From Chthoniobacterales bacterium (GTDB lineage: Bacteria; Verrucomicrobiota; Verrucomicrobiia; Chthoniobacterales; UBA6821): a DNA stretch of 64,000 nt. Below, one piece after another: positions 8,367-18,260 of this stretch. Where the stretch lies: contig DAISZK010000004.1 in the NCBI GenBank assembly GCA_036824855.1, positions 13,434-77,433 of the forward strand, given 5' to 3'. The first letter of the stretch is position 1. Every line of letters starts with the position of its first letter. The notes beneath the pieces are model-generated. The model was not told where the DNA came from. It did not search any database and worked only from the letters and a program-made list of their open reading frames with translations. Position numbers and translations under genes: made by a program.

Positions 8367-10484
8367 TCACTTCGTTCCGAAGACCTTTCCGTAATCAAGG
8401 TAGCCGGGCTTCATATCGTCATCCTTACTGCTGTTGACAATCAAGACATGGGCGTAGGCCGGGATTGAGATCTTGGGAATCGTGACCATTCCACCCACAG
8501 AAGTCAGTGGGTGAAGATCACCCTCGTCCCAGCTCGCCAGGATACGGGTCTGTGAAAGGGGGGCCTTCATGGTGTCTCCATACATAACCGGGCTTCCGGT
8601 GACGTTATGAATCATCCGGACTTTACGAGTCGGTTCGGAGAACTCGAATCCTCGTAGCCCCGCCGGCAACTGCAGGACAGATACGTCGGTCGCAAACTCC
8701 TTCCCCTTTTTCGTCGTCTCAATCAGGGCATGTTTCTCTGTCCCGCCGGGATAGGTTACCGGTTTGTCGGCTTGTACCGACGGATCGTTCAGGGTCAGAA
8801 GGGCTGTGCCTCCATCATCCACAGCCTTGGCCCCACCGTAGCCGTTCATGATACCGTAGTAAAATGAGTTGGTCTGACCGCCGTAATCGTTCCAATGGGA
8901 CTTGAGCCGGAGATCCCCATAGCTCCAGGTATCTTGACCCTCAGGAATCAATAACTGGGCCTTCCCATCCCCTGGTTTGCAGACACCACGGTAGGAGAAA
9001 AGAACGAGACGCTGGGCAAGGCCAAATGCTGTCTGCTGACGATCGCAAGTGATTGCGGAGAGGCCGATCACACGGTCGGGAGTGAAGACCCATTCCTGAA
9101 GACCCTCCCATCCGGTCGATCCCTTGGAGCTCTCCCCTCCGGAGTGTTTGTTGATAGGATATCGCGTGGAGAGACCGAAGACTGAGGTGCTTTTGCTCAC
9201 CGCATTGTGGCATCCGGGGCCCGTCAGGTAGGCCCACTTGTCACCCCGAGCAAAATCAGTCTCTTCACCGGGTGCAATTTTTACCTCGGGACAAGCACCG
9301 TGAAGTGCTGCATTAAGTTCCCCTTGTTTGGACGCATTCTCCTTGAGCATGTATGCTCCCACAAAGGTGCTGATTCCCACCGTTCCCGACTCGAAGATCT
9401 CATGAAGCTCCGGAGCTCCGGTTGAAGGATCACGAGTCGTACCAACCTCTCCCCATGTTCCGAATCGGGCCCGAGGGCCGATGATATTGCGGTCATAGAG
9501 CAGAAAATTGTCCGGCGACTCCTTCCCTTGCAGGCCCGACTTATAAAGAAAGGAGAGCAGAAGATTGCTTGCCTCCTTGGGATTGGAGAGGCCGGACTTA
9601 CCGAGTTGGTAGTTGAAAGGATCTCCCGTCAGATAAGCCATTATCAGTGGCGTTTCGGGACCGAGATTCACATAGAAAGGCTTCCAAGGAGGGGCTGTGC
9701 TGTATTCGCCATATCCGCGATGATCGGTCAGCGGCATGTAATGGACGAGCGAATCCAGGAAGGCCTTCATCTTGGTTGATCCCGAGAAGAGGTAGTACCA
9801 AGCAGCTCCCCACACGATCGATCGATGGTACGTGTAGGTCTCGTTGGAATAGTTGGAGTAATGGGTTGCCCCATCGGGCATCTGGCACTTGGTCATGCAA
9901 TCCTCAATCGCGGACTTGCCGATGGCTGCACTGGTGGCATCCCCTGTCGCCAGTGCACCGAAGTAGACGGACATCGTCCGGAAAATATCCATATTCACAA
10001 CCAACGGGCCGACAAGGTGATCACGGTAAATGTCGGGATTCTTCGTAATCAGGTTACGGGTATGAGCGTCGATCGCCTTTTCCCATCGCTCTTTTTTATC
10101 CGCTGGAATCTTATCCGGCGCGTAAGTCTTAAGCGCAAGATATGCATAAGTGGCCTCAAAGGTGGCCGGGTGGGCATCCAGATCCTTGCCCTGCCCCCAA
10201 ATCGAAAAACGGCCATCTAATAACACGAGCAGGCGCTCCAACACAGCCTGATCACCTTTGTGAGGGCTGGCCGGATGCAGGTAAGCCATGGCTGCGAGGA
10301 ACGTCTCGTCCTGATCTTTCCAAAGATTGTTGAAGTCTTTGCTTCCAACCTTCACTCCATCAAAAGCGTGGGCAATATGGGGATTGGAACCAGGTTCGGA
10401 GAGGGGCGGCAGGAGATTAAGTTGGTCGGTGGCAAAGGATGTCGCCGCGGCGGCCAGTAGAAGTATTGCTAAATAGGGGTTCAT
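8367..10484 (-). CDS. Secreted protein of unknown function (helical N-terminal half, beta-rich C-terminal half; possible lyase/hydrolase)
   Basis: 705-aa ORF, signal peptide MNPYLAILLLAAAATSFA, ATG start. Sits 12 nt after GH31 and abuts or overlaps the GH3 start. I recognise no family motif. Confidence 0.5.
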   Translation of the reverse strand: MNPYLAILLLAAAATSFATDQLNLLPPLSEPGSNPHIAHAFDGVKVGSKDFNNLWKDQDETFLAAMAYLHPASPHKGDQAVLERLLVLLDGRFSIWGQGKDLDAHPATFEATYAYLALKTYAPDKIPADKKERWEKAIDAHTRNLITKNPDIYRDHLVGPLVVNMDIFRTMSVYFGALATGDATSAAIGKSAIEDCMTKCQMPDGATHYSNYSNETYTYHRSIVWGAAWYYLFSGSTKMKAFLDSLVHYMPLTDHRGYGEYSTAPPWKPFYVNLGPETPLIMAYLTGDPFNYQLGKSGLSNPKEASNLLLSFLYKSGLQGKESPDNFLLYDRNIIGPRARFGTWGEVGTTRDPSTGAPELHEIFESGTVGISTFVGAYMLKENASKQGELNAALHGACPEVKIAPGEETDFARGDKWAYLTGPGCHNAVSKSTSVFGLSTRYPINKHSGGESSKGSTGWEGLQEWVFTPDRVIGLSAITCDRQQTAFGLAQRLVLFSYRGVCKPGDGKAQLLIPEGQDTWSYGDLRLKSHWNDYGGQTNSFYYGIMNGYGGAKAVDDGGTALLTLNDPSVQADKPVTYPGGTEKHALIETTKKGKEFATDVSVLQLPAGLRGFEFSEPTRKVRMIHNVTGSPVMYGDTMKAPLSQTRILASWDEGDLHPLTSVGGMVTIPKISIPAYAHVLIVNSSKDDDMKPGYLDYGKVFGTK

Positions 10485-10496
10485 GAATTGGGATGG

Positions 10497-13178
10497 CTAT
10501 TTGAATGATGAACCTCCGGGAATGGTCGTCGAGACCTGATGTCCGCTGTAAGTCAGTTCGACGGCATGGAGACTCTCCCCGAATCCTACTCCGTATCCGG
10601 GCGAAACGTGAACGATCCGGAAGATGTGCTTTTCTATCATTCCTTGGAAGGAACCTTTTCTCTGGCCGATTGTCAGGGTTCGCAGTTTTTCATTCCAGGT
10701 GATGGGAATCGTCGCAAACGCGCCCTTTTCATAGTCGTATCCATCGCCGGCATCCTCGTAGAGAGTGAATGCCCCGTCGGCACCCGGATAAATCCTAAGT
10801 TCGATTGGATCGCACGGCTTCTGGTCATTCCATTCCATCTCTGGACCAAGCGGGAGGATCGCCCCTGCCTTCACGAAAAGCGGGATTTGATCCGCCGGTG
10901 AGGCGGAGCGAACTGTCGAGCCTCCCTGTATCTTCTTACCGGTCCAGAAATCAATCCAATCAGTGCCACCCCCGTTCTTCGGAAGGTAGACATCGCGATG
11001 ATCAGTTTTGGGGGTCGTGACAGGAGCCACAAGGATGGAGGGCCCGAAGAGGTACTCGTCGTCGATTGAGAGGGCCTTTTCATCATTACGGAAATCAAAC
11101 GGGAGCGCTCTCATAATCGTCGATCCGGCCGTGGTTACCTGCCATGCCTCCGAGTAATTGTAGGGCAGCATGCGGTATCGGAAGGTGTCGTAATCGGCGA
11201 GAATTTTCTGTGTTGCGGGCAGCCAGTTCCAGAATTCCGTGTGCGTCTTGTAGCCATGGATCCTGAGGATGGGGCAGAAGGTGCTCCACTGAAACCATCG
11301 GGCCAGACGTTCATTCATATCGGGATCATCCTGATTTCCACGCCGAAAGAAACCGCCCGTGTCAGTTGTCCAGTATGGAAGCCCCGCCATACAGAAGTTA
11401 AGTCCCGCCGGGATTTGCCGACGAAAGGCAGTCCAGTCGCCGGCTATGTCTCCTGACCAAGTCACCGTCCCATAACGCTGCTGTCCCAGAAAAGCCGAGC
11501 GAGTCAGATTGCAGACACGTTTGCCGGGATCCGTTTTACGTTGCCCTTCGTAGAGACACTCACTATGAAAAAGAGGATAGGCATTACGCCAAAGATTTCC
11601 CGCGCCAAGGAAAGTTTTGGAACCTTCCATCGCCATTCCGTCGTCACCCGGCTCAGCCGCATCCTGCCACCAGGCATCGGTGCCGATGGAAAAAAATCCA
11701 TCGTTAAGAAACTTCCATCGTAATGCCCGAATGTCGGGGTTCGTTGGGTCGTAGTATCCGCCGTTAATGAAACCCTTGGCCTCCTTGATCGCGTCTCCAG
11801 CCTTGCCATGCGGATTGGGCCAGACCGAGATCATGAACTTCGTATGGCGATCATGTAGTCCCTGAATAAGGGCTTTGGGATCAGGGTAGAAATTCTCATC
11901 CCATTGGTAGGCACCCCAGCCGTATTTTCCCCAATATTGCCAATCCTGAACGATCAGATCCATCGGGATGTGGCGGCTACGGTAACCATCCACCGCGTCA
12001 AGGATCTCCTGCGAGCTGGAATACCGCTCGCGGCACTGCCAAAAGCCATAGGCCCAGCGGGGAAGCATTGGAGCAGCCCCGGTGGATTCACGATAACCAG
12101 CGATTACTTTCTCGAAATCGGGGCCATAAAACACGGTGTAGTCGATGAGATCTCCTTGGGTGGATCGAAAGACCGTGGTGTCACCGCGGGGTCTCACACC
12201 TAGACTAACCTTTCCACTCTTGCTTCTGACCGCCAGATGCACGGGAATTCCCACCTTGAGGTCCGCGACACCTGAAATCGCATAGGGTGTCCACATGTTG
12301 GTGATCCCCATGAGTGTCTGCCCCTCAAGTCTCAGTGAAAGCTCCTGGGAACGGTCGCCGCCAAGGACATGAAAAACATATTGGCCGGAAACCTTGGGCG
12401 TGAATGCGCCATCGTGATCAACAAGCGCGACAGGAGTCGGTTTGGGCTTGGGTTTCACGGAGCCATTGGCAGAAGCCGAGGAAACCGCTCCCTGTAGTTC
12501 CTCGGTGGCCTTGGGACCCGAGGAGTTGTTGTTTGTTTGGCCGGATAGAGTAATCTGTTCGTCGCAGGGATTGAGATACGACCACGAAGCATTATTCCAA
12601 AGAACGCCGTAACCGCGACTGGACAGAAGCAGTGGAACGACGACCTGGGTGTTCTGCTGGATGAGTTCCAGAGGCATCCCGCGCCAGTTCCATACACCTT
12701 CTTGATACTGTCCCATGCCGTAAAGAAACTCGTCGGATGCGGCACTGAACGTCTGCTGAATCTTCCATGGAGGCATCCCCTCTCTTTTATCTCGAACAAT
12801 ACGAGCTCCCGAGGCAGGCTCCGTGAGGAACACCTTACCGTTTGTATCAGAGAAAGAAAGATTGCCATCCGATTTTGAAATTTTAGCTTTCATCGCTGAC
12901 GTAGAAATCACCACCCCCGCCTCGTCCTCCGTAACCTTGAAATCAACGGGAGCCCATTCTTTGGGCTGTATTATGTCAGGAATCGGCTTAATCGCGGCAT
13001 CCTTGGCATATTGGACCCGAATGATCCGGTCATTGCAGATCAGAAGTCGGAGGGTCCCTGCGGCGAGTGTGACCGTGATCCCGGACTTATCACTTGTCCA
13101 GGTTGCAGAGGGTTGTGCATCGGAGATGCAGATCAGCAACGTGCATGCGAATAAAGGAAGAAGCAGATTCTTTTTCAT
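10497..13178 (-). CDS. GH31 alpha-xylosidase-like glycosidase with PA14-like insertion
   Basis: 893-aa ORF, signal peptide MKKNLLLPLFACTLLICISDA. GH31 core motifs DLIVQDWQYW, GTDAWWQDAAEP (equivalent of the WxDMNEP nucleophile motif) and VTWSGDIAGDW. The N-terminal domain carries an insert (FTPKVSGQYVFHVLGGDRSQELSLRLEGQTLMG) resembling the PA14 insert of xyloglucan-active GH31 alpha-xylosidases. Confidence 0.8.
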   Translation of the reverse strand: MKKNLLLPLFACTLLICISDAQPSATWTSDKSGITVTLAAGTLRLLICNDRIIRVQYAKDAAIKPIPDIIQPKEWAPVDFKVTEDEAGVVISTSAMKAKISKSDGNLSFSDTNGKVFLTEPASGARIVRDKREGMPPWKIQQTFSAASDEFLYGMGQYQEGVWNWRGMPLELIQQNTQVVVPLLLSSRGYGVLWNNASWSYLNPCDEQITLSGQTNNNSSGPKATEELQGAVSSASANGSVKPKPKPTPVALVDHDGAFTPKVSGQYVFHVLGGDRSQELSLRLEGQTLMGITNMWTPYAISGVADLKVGIPVHLAVRSKSGKVSLGVRPRGDTTVFRSTQGDLIDYTVFYGPDFEKVIAGYRESTGAAPMLPRWAYGFWQCRERYSSSQEILDAVDGYRSRHIPMDLIVQDWQYWGKYGWGAYQWDENFYPDPKALIQGLHDRHTKFMISVWPNPHGKAGDAIKEAKGFINGGYYDPTNPDIRALRWKFLNDGFFSIGTDAWWQDAAEPGDDGMAMEGSKTFLGAGNLWRNAYPLFHSECLYEGQRKTDPGKRVCNLTRSAFLGQQRYGTVTWSGDIAGDWTAFRRQIPAGLNFCMAGLPYWTTDTGGFFRRGNQDDPDMNERLARWFQWSTFCPILRIHGYKTHTEFWNWLPATQKILADYDTFRYRMLPYNYSEAWQVTTAGSTIMRALPFDFRNDEKALSIDDEYLFGPSILVAPVTTPKTDHRDVYLPKNGGGTDWIDFWTGKKIQGGSTVRSASPADQIPLFVKAGAILPLGPEMEWNDQKPCDPIELRIYPGADGAFTLYEDAGDGYDYEKGAFATIPITWNEKLRTLTIGQRKGSFQGMIEKHIFRIVHVSPGYGVGFGESLHAVELTYSGHQVSTTIPGGSSFK

Positions 13179-13337
13179 GGTGTGTTTCTCGGGGTGATTG
13201 TTAGGGGGAGATTGCTCCAGATATTAGATGAGGAAGCAGCGGTATGCACCTCGTAGAGACCAAGAGTGATCTTGAAGGTCTTGCAAGAAGTGTATTCCAA
13301 TGGCTGAAATATACGGAAATATCGCATTCTTTTGAAC

Positions 13338-14435
13338 TCAGGGTAATTGCGCGTGATGCGAATGATCTGTTTCGATCTTCATGACATAGCTGCATGTGTG
13401 GTCATCTCCATCCAGATTCACCCCTGATGGCCCGTAGAAATAGGACGGCTTTCCCTGAAGCATCAGGATGCCGGGTCGCTCAAACTTAAAAGTTGATCCA
13501 TAAAGTGTACGCGCTTTAGAGATATCCGCCGTGCAGTAATCCTTAGTTGTCAGGAATCCAATCTCCGCATTGGTAAGTTTAAAATCGGTGGGAGTAGTTG
13601 ATTTCCAAAGAATCCCGCGTCCGGTAACCCCGGTGTGTGATCCCATGTTGTCATTGGTCAGCAAGTAGATCATACCGTTCCATACAAAGGCGGTAGCATC
13701 CTCAATGTAGTTGATATTGTCGGTGCAGGGACTTTCGGATAACCGATAAGGTCCTTCCAGAGAATCGGCAATAGCGTATCCATAGCGGCTTTTGAGCTGC
13801 TGCTGAGCTGCTTTGAAATAGATGTAGTACTTCCCTCCGTAGTCCAAAAAGGTCGGGTTATCCATCGCCCATGTGTGATAGGTCCAGTGCGAGGGATCCG
13901 AGGATGGGGTAAAAACCATGCCCTCATCACCGATTTTTCTCCAAGGGCCATAAAGACTATCGGAGATCGCCATGCCGGTGAACATCGTGTGCTTGTTATC
14001 CACCAAATAAGGACGGTCCTTGCGCTTGTCGAAGGAGATGTAGAGCAGCACATAATGATTCCCAACACGCTTGATGGCCGGATTGTGCATGGAGTTGTTC
14101 CACAGTGCCTCTGGGTTGGATGGCAGCGCGATGTCCGAGAACCGGAAAGGCCCCTCAGGCGAGGCACCGACATAGTGGGCTATTTCACTATGCGTCGACC
14201 ATCCGCCCATCCCGAATTTTTTCGGCCATCGAGAGCAAAATAAATGGATATCGTGATCCGCCCCTTCGATCGGGGAAGTGCACCAGACATAATAATCGGG
14301 ATCATCCACAGCCTTGCCAACCCATTGCATACCTGCTGCAAGGGATGAGAGCTTGGTCACCGGAGGATTAGCGTAAAGAGTAGCGAAGCTCACGATAGAG
14401 AATGCAAGAAAGGAAAGGAATAGGCTCTTTTTCAC
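13338..14435 (-). CDS. Secreted five-bladed beta-propeller glycosidase-like protein (clan GH-F, GH43/GH117-like)
   Basis: Repeated blade-like segments MHNPAIKRVGNHYVLLYISF, AMDNPTFLDYGGKYYIYF and YIEDATAFVWNGMIYLLTND, with Asp/Glu spacing reminiscent of GH43-type catalytic residues. GTG at 14435 gives MKKSLFLSFLAFSIVSFATLYA and overlaps the upstream stop (GTGA). The track start at 14474 is also GTG. Confidence 0.45.
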   Translation of the reverse strand: MKKSLFLSFLAFSIVSFATLYANPPVTKLSSLAAGMQWVGKAVDDPDYYVWCTSPIEGADHDIHLFCSRWPKKFGMGGWSTHSEIAHYVGASPEGPFRFSDIALPSNPEALWNNSMHNPAIKRVGNHYVLLYISFDKRKDRPYLVDNKHTMFTGMAISDSLYGPWRKIGDEGMVFTPSSDPSHWTYHTWAMDNPTFLDYGGKYYIYFKAAQQQLKSRYGYAIADSLEGPYRLSESPCTDNINYIEDATAFVWNGMIYLLTNDNMGSHTGVTGRGILWKSTTPTDFKLTNAEIGFLTTKDYCTADISKARTLYGSTFKFERPGILMLQGKPSYFYGPSGVNLDGDDHTCSYVMKIETDHSHHAQLP

Positions 14436-17125
14436 GGAGTATTTGTTGAATTGATCGTCAGGGGTAGAGTGCACCGGATATCGGAGGAGGAGCCCCCGAC
14501 CTGCACCTCGTAGCTCCCCGGGGTGATCTTAAATGTCTGGCCCTGGGTGTCCCAATGGCCGAAATTGGAGCTGTCGAGCGTGATCGAGACTCTCTTGTTT
14601 TCTCCCTTAGGAACCATAACGCGTCGAAATCCCCAGAGCTGACGGATGGGCATTGGGACTCCGGCCTCGGGAGCATGGACATAGCACTGAACCACCTCCT
14701 CCCCGTCACGGGACCCAGTGTTGGCGACATCCAGGGTAACCTTCACCTTCTCACCAGGTTTGATGTTTTTTGAGGAAAGCCGCGCCTTCGAGTAGGCGAA
14801 CGTGGTGTAACTGAGGCCGTGTCCGAAGGGATACTCAGGCTTCTCCCTGAGATACATATAGGTTCGGCCCTTGGTAAGATCATACTCATCCATCGGTCGC
14901 AACTGTGCATCGGAGGCATAGAAAGTCAGGGAGAGTCTCCCCGAGGGATTGACGTCTCCAAAGAGAATGTCCGCTATGGCCCGTCCGCCCTCCTGTCCCG
15001 GATACCAGGCCTGAACAATCGCGGGAACATTCGAAGCGGCCCAAGGCATCACAAGCGGGCTTCCACTCTCGGTCACCGTAACTAGGCGAGGATTCACCTC
15101 GAGGGCTTTCCGCAGAAACTCCAGCTGCTCCGGGGGAAGTTCCAATGTCTTGCGATCCTTTCCCTCGATCTCATCGTCGGTGCTGAGTCCCATAAGCGCA
15201 ACAACAAGGTTGGCATTCTTGAGGGATGATAGATCGTCGTGTGCGGGTGCCGGCACCCAGCGGAAGACCAATCCCGTCTCACCACCTTCATGACGGTATT
15301 CAATCCGGATAGGATATTCCCCCGCACTGTCAAAGCGGGTTTTCTTGGTCACGCTCCGACGCGTCTTGGAATCCTCTTTCTGGGGAGCGATCAGGTTTTG
15401 CTCGTTGAGCTTTAGTGAAAAGATGCCATCTCCATCCAAGGTGAAGGTGTACTCGCCGGGATACGGGCAACGGATCTTTCCCTCCCAGACCACGGAAAAT
15501 TTGTCGCCGCTTGCTAGGGCATCTGGCTCGATGTGTGCCCAGTCAAAATTGATTCTCCTATCGGTGCGGGTCGCTACAGGCACTGCTGCGGTGTTGGTGG
15601 AATCGTAATACCGGCCTATCAATCCGGCGGCAGACACTTCGTGATTCCCGTCCATGGCCAGAGAAAGAAGCGCGGTTTCGGGCACAAGCTCTTCGTTGGT
15701 CGCCTGCCAAGGCAAATAGGTCACGCGGATTCCTTCCCTCGCGGCCCTGTCGCGGATTCCGGCAAGCGGGGAAATGCTGCTTCTCGGTTTGCCGGAGTAA
15801 TCGCCGAGATTCACGATGTCGGCGTTGGGACCAACCACCATGATGTTGGTGACCCTGCCGCAGTCGATCGGAAGAATAGCATCAGCCCCCACGGGTTGGT
15901 TCTTCAGCAACACCATCGACTCGTCGGCGAGTTTTCTGGCCAATGCATCATGCTCCGGAGAGCAGATCACGGAGGCAGGGATCTTTGAGTAGGGGATTCG
16001 GTCCTTTGGATCATAGAGACCAAGCCGGAAACGGACGGTCAGGACGCGCCGCAGAGCCTCATTAACGGTTTCCCAGGAAACCAACCCCTGCTTCAGGGCA
16101 CCCGGCAGATAGACATTCACAATATCCCTGTATTTGCAAAACCATCCCCCCTCCTCGTCGAGCCCCGCGTTCAGGGAAGCAGCTATCGCCTCCTCGGGGG
16201 TCCTGACGTATTTGTGCTGGTCGACCTGATTGGAAATCGCCCCGCAGTCGCTGACGACGAAACCACGAAATCCCCAGCGTTTGCGCAGCACATCCTTGAG
16301 AAGCAACGGATTGGAGACGGATGGAATGCCATTGATCGAGGTATAAGAGGCCATGATGGAGGCGGCCTTGGCCTCCTCCACGCAAGCGCGGAAAGGATAC
16401 AGTTCGAACTCGAACAGGAACCGTTCATCGCAGCTGATATTGCAACCAAAACGCCCGGACTCCTTGTTATTTGAAGCGAAGTGCTTCGGCGTGGCGACCA
16501 CCTTGATGTACTTCGGATCATCCCCTTGGAGTCCTTTAACAAAGGCGACGCCCAGTCGACTGGTCAGCCAAGGATCCTCACCGTAAGTCTCCTGGGTACG
16601 CCCCCATCGTGGATCGCGGGCCATATTCACTACTGGGGACCAGAGCGTGAGCGGATAGTTGAGTTGTTCAAAAACACCGCCCGTCTGGTTCCAGCGCGCA
16701 CGAGCCTCGTCCGAGATGGCGGTGCTCATGGCATGGATTCCCTCGGGGTCGAAGGTGGCCCCCAACCCGATCGCCTGGGGAAAGATGGTGTTCTCACCGG
16801 GTCGCACGAGCCCGTGAAGACATTCGTTACCAAGGCCGTAGGGAGCGATACCGAGCCTGGCAATACCCGGGGTAAGCCAATTGAGAAAGGAGATCCTCTC
16901 CGAGGTCGTGAGACACGTCATCAGATCCTGCACGCGTTCCTCAATCGCCTTCTCGGGGTCACGCCAAACAGATACAGCGGAAGAAGCGCTTTTTGGGAAT
17001 GCATCGGCGCACCATACGGACGCGGAACCGGCGACTAGGACTAATCCCGCAACAGAGAAAAACCTGAAATCACAAGGACGCGGCACCCGTGCAAAGAGGC
17101 TGATAAAGAAAGCAAAAAAGGTCAT
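14432..17125 (-). CDS. GH3 beta-glucosidase/beta-xylosidase with PA14 domain insertion
   Basis: 897-aa ORF. GH3 motifs KHFASNNKE and WGFRGFVVSDCGA. Inserted PA14 domain GLIGRYYDS...INFDW...FSVVWEGKIRCPYPGEYTFTLDGDGIFSLKLNEQNL...IRIEYRHEGGETGLVFRW. C-terminal Fn3-like domain. Confidence 0.9.
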   Translation of the reverse strand: MTFFAFFISLFARVPRPCDFRFFSVAGLVLVAGSASVWCADAFPKSASSAVSVWRDPEKAIEERVQDLMTCLTTSERISFLNWLTPGIARLGIAPYGLGNECLHGLVRPGENTIFPQAIGLGATFDPEGIHAMSTAISDEARARWNQTGGVFEQLNYPLTLWSPVVNMARDPRWGRTQETYGEDPWLTSRLGVAFVKGLQGDDPKYIKVVATPKHFASNNKESGRFGCNISCDERFLFEFELYPFRACVEEAKAASIMASYTSINGIPSVSNPLLLKDVLRKRWGFRGFVVSDCGAISNQVDQHKYVRTPEEAIAASLNAGLDEEGGWFCKYRDIVNVYLPGALKQGLVSWETVNEALRRVLTVRFRLGLYDPKDRIPYSKIPASVICSPEHDALARKLADESMVLLKNQPVGADAILPIDCGRVTNIMVVGPNADIVNLGDYSGKPRSSISPLAGIRDRAAREGIRVTYLPWQATNEELVPETALLSLAMDGNHEVSAAGLIGRYYDSTNTAAVPVATRTDRRINFDWAHIEPDALASGDKFSVVWEGKIRCPYPGEYTFTLDGDGIFSLKLNEQNLIAPQKEDSKTRRSVTKKTRFDSAGEYPIRIEYRHEGGETGLVFRWVPAPAHDDLSSLKNANLVVALMGLSTDDEIEGKDRKTLELPPEQLEFLRKALEVNPRLVTVTESGSPLVMPWAASNVPAIVQAWYPGQEGGRAIADILFGDVNPSGRLSLTFYASDAQLRPMDEYDLTKGRTYMYLREKPEYPFGHGLSYTTFAYSKARLSSKNIKPGEKVKVTLDVANTGSRDGEEVVQCYVHAPEAGVPMPIRQLWGFRRVMVPKGENKRVSITLDSSNFGHWDTQGQTFKITPGSYEVQVGGSSSDIRCTLPLTINSTNTP

Positions 17126-17206
17126 AGGTGGGGCGCGGTTTGGAAACAGAGGGAGACTGCATGTGCATACTTGAGGAATGCCTGAAAAAGTAACAAGCTC
17201 CCAATT

Positions 17207-17222
17207 GCGTCAACAGTGACGC
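17207..17222. promoter_or_regulatory. Perfect inverted repeat GCGTCA-ACAG-TGACGC, candidate operator
   Basis: Read directly. It lies 11 nt upstream of the LacI-family gene ATG (17233), inside the 107-bp divergent intergenic region shared with the GH3-PA14 operon. It does not fit the classical LacI TGnnAnCGnTnnCA consensus. Confidence 0.3.
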
Positions 17223-17232
17223 TACACGGATC

Positions 17233-18252
17233 ATGAAACGGGCAACCTTGAAACAAGTCGCATCTGAAGCCGGTATCAGCATCAGTTGCACGTCACGTGC
17301 CCTGAGAGGTCGAGCCGGAGTCTCCGATGCAACCAGGAAACGGATCAGGCTGATCGCAGGAAAACTGGGATACCACCCCGATCCTATGCTTTCCGCCCTG
17401 GCCAGTTACAGGGGATCATTGAGGAGGAAATCATTCCAGGGGATTATCGCTTACCTCGCCAATCACGCTTCCTCGTTGGAATGCCTCTCCTCTCCACAGT
17501 CAGGAGATCTATTCCGAGGGGCCAGCGGGCGGGCTAATGAACTCGGGTATCAACTCCGCTATTTTTCCATGAACGATCTGCTGGACTGCCCGGATCGTTT
17601 TTGGAGGAGGATTCGCAGCCAGGGAATACAGGGCGTGCTTCTGCGCTCCTTTCCCGTCGAGACGGCGATTCACCCACAACCACCGCCTGGATTTCACTGC
17701 GTTGACCTTTTCAGTCAGCCTCATTCCGCCTTGGTATCCACCGTTTCCAGCAATCACCCCCAGGCCTTGGAACTGGTACTTGCAAATTTGAAACGGGCCG
17801 GAATCGAAAAGCCAGCCCTTATCGTCAACGCATCCATCAGCACCATTCTACATCACGGATGGAGGGCCACTTTTTCAGTCGCGAACCATCAGTTCAAGAA
17901 AATGCTACTTTACGAGCACCATGGATTTCCACTACGAGAATCATCCTTGGAACAATGGATCCGAAAGAATTGCCCAGATTCCCTCCTTTTCTGTTACAGC
18001 GAGGACCATATGCCGGATGCAAAACTCCTGTTACAATGGAAACGCCATGGCATTGCCTCCCTCAGCATGGATCTTCTCGATCCGAAATGTGGAATCGGAG
18101 GCATTTATCAGAATAGAAAGCTAGCAGGGGGAGAGGCTCTTTCCCTGCTTCACGGAATCTTGACTACCGAAAGGTTTGGCGCCGTCAGACCTCCCACGGC
18201 AACCTTGATTCCGGGAGCCTGGATCGAAGGAGAAAAATATTTCACGTTGTAG
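17233..18252 (+). CDS. LacI family transcriptional regulator
   Basis: 339-aa ORF. N-terminal HTH MKRATLKQVASEAGISISCTSRALRGRAGVSDATRKRIRLIAGKLGYHPD, then a periplasmic-binding-protein-like effector domain. Divergent from the GH3-PA14 operon. Confidence 0.85.
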   Translation: MKRATLKQVASEAGISISCTSRALRGRAGVSDATRKRIRLIAGKLGYHPDPMLSALASYRGSLRRKSFQGIIAYLANHASSLECLSSPQSGDLFRGASGRANELGYQLRYFSMNDLLDCPDRFWRRIRSQGIQGVLLRSFPVETAIHPQPPPGFHCVDLFSQPHSALVSTVSSNHPQALELVLANLKRAGIEKPALIVNASISTILHHGWRATFSVANHQFKKMLLYEHHGFPLRESSLEQWIRKNCPDSLLFCYSEDHMPDAKLLLQWKRHGIASLSMDLLDPKCGIGGIYQNRKLAGGEALSLLHGILTTERFGAVRPPTATLIPGAWIEGEKYFTL

Positions 18253-18260
18253 GGAGAAGA

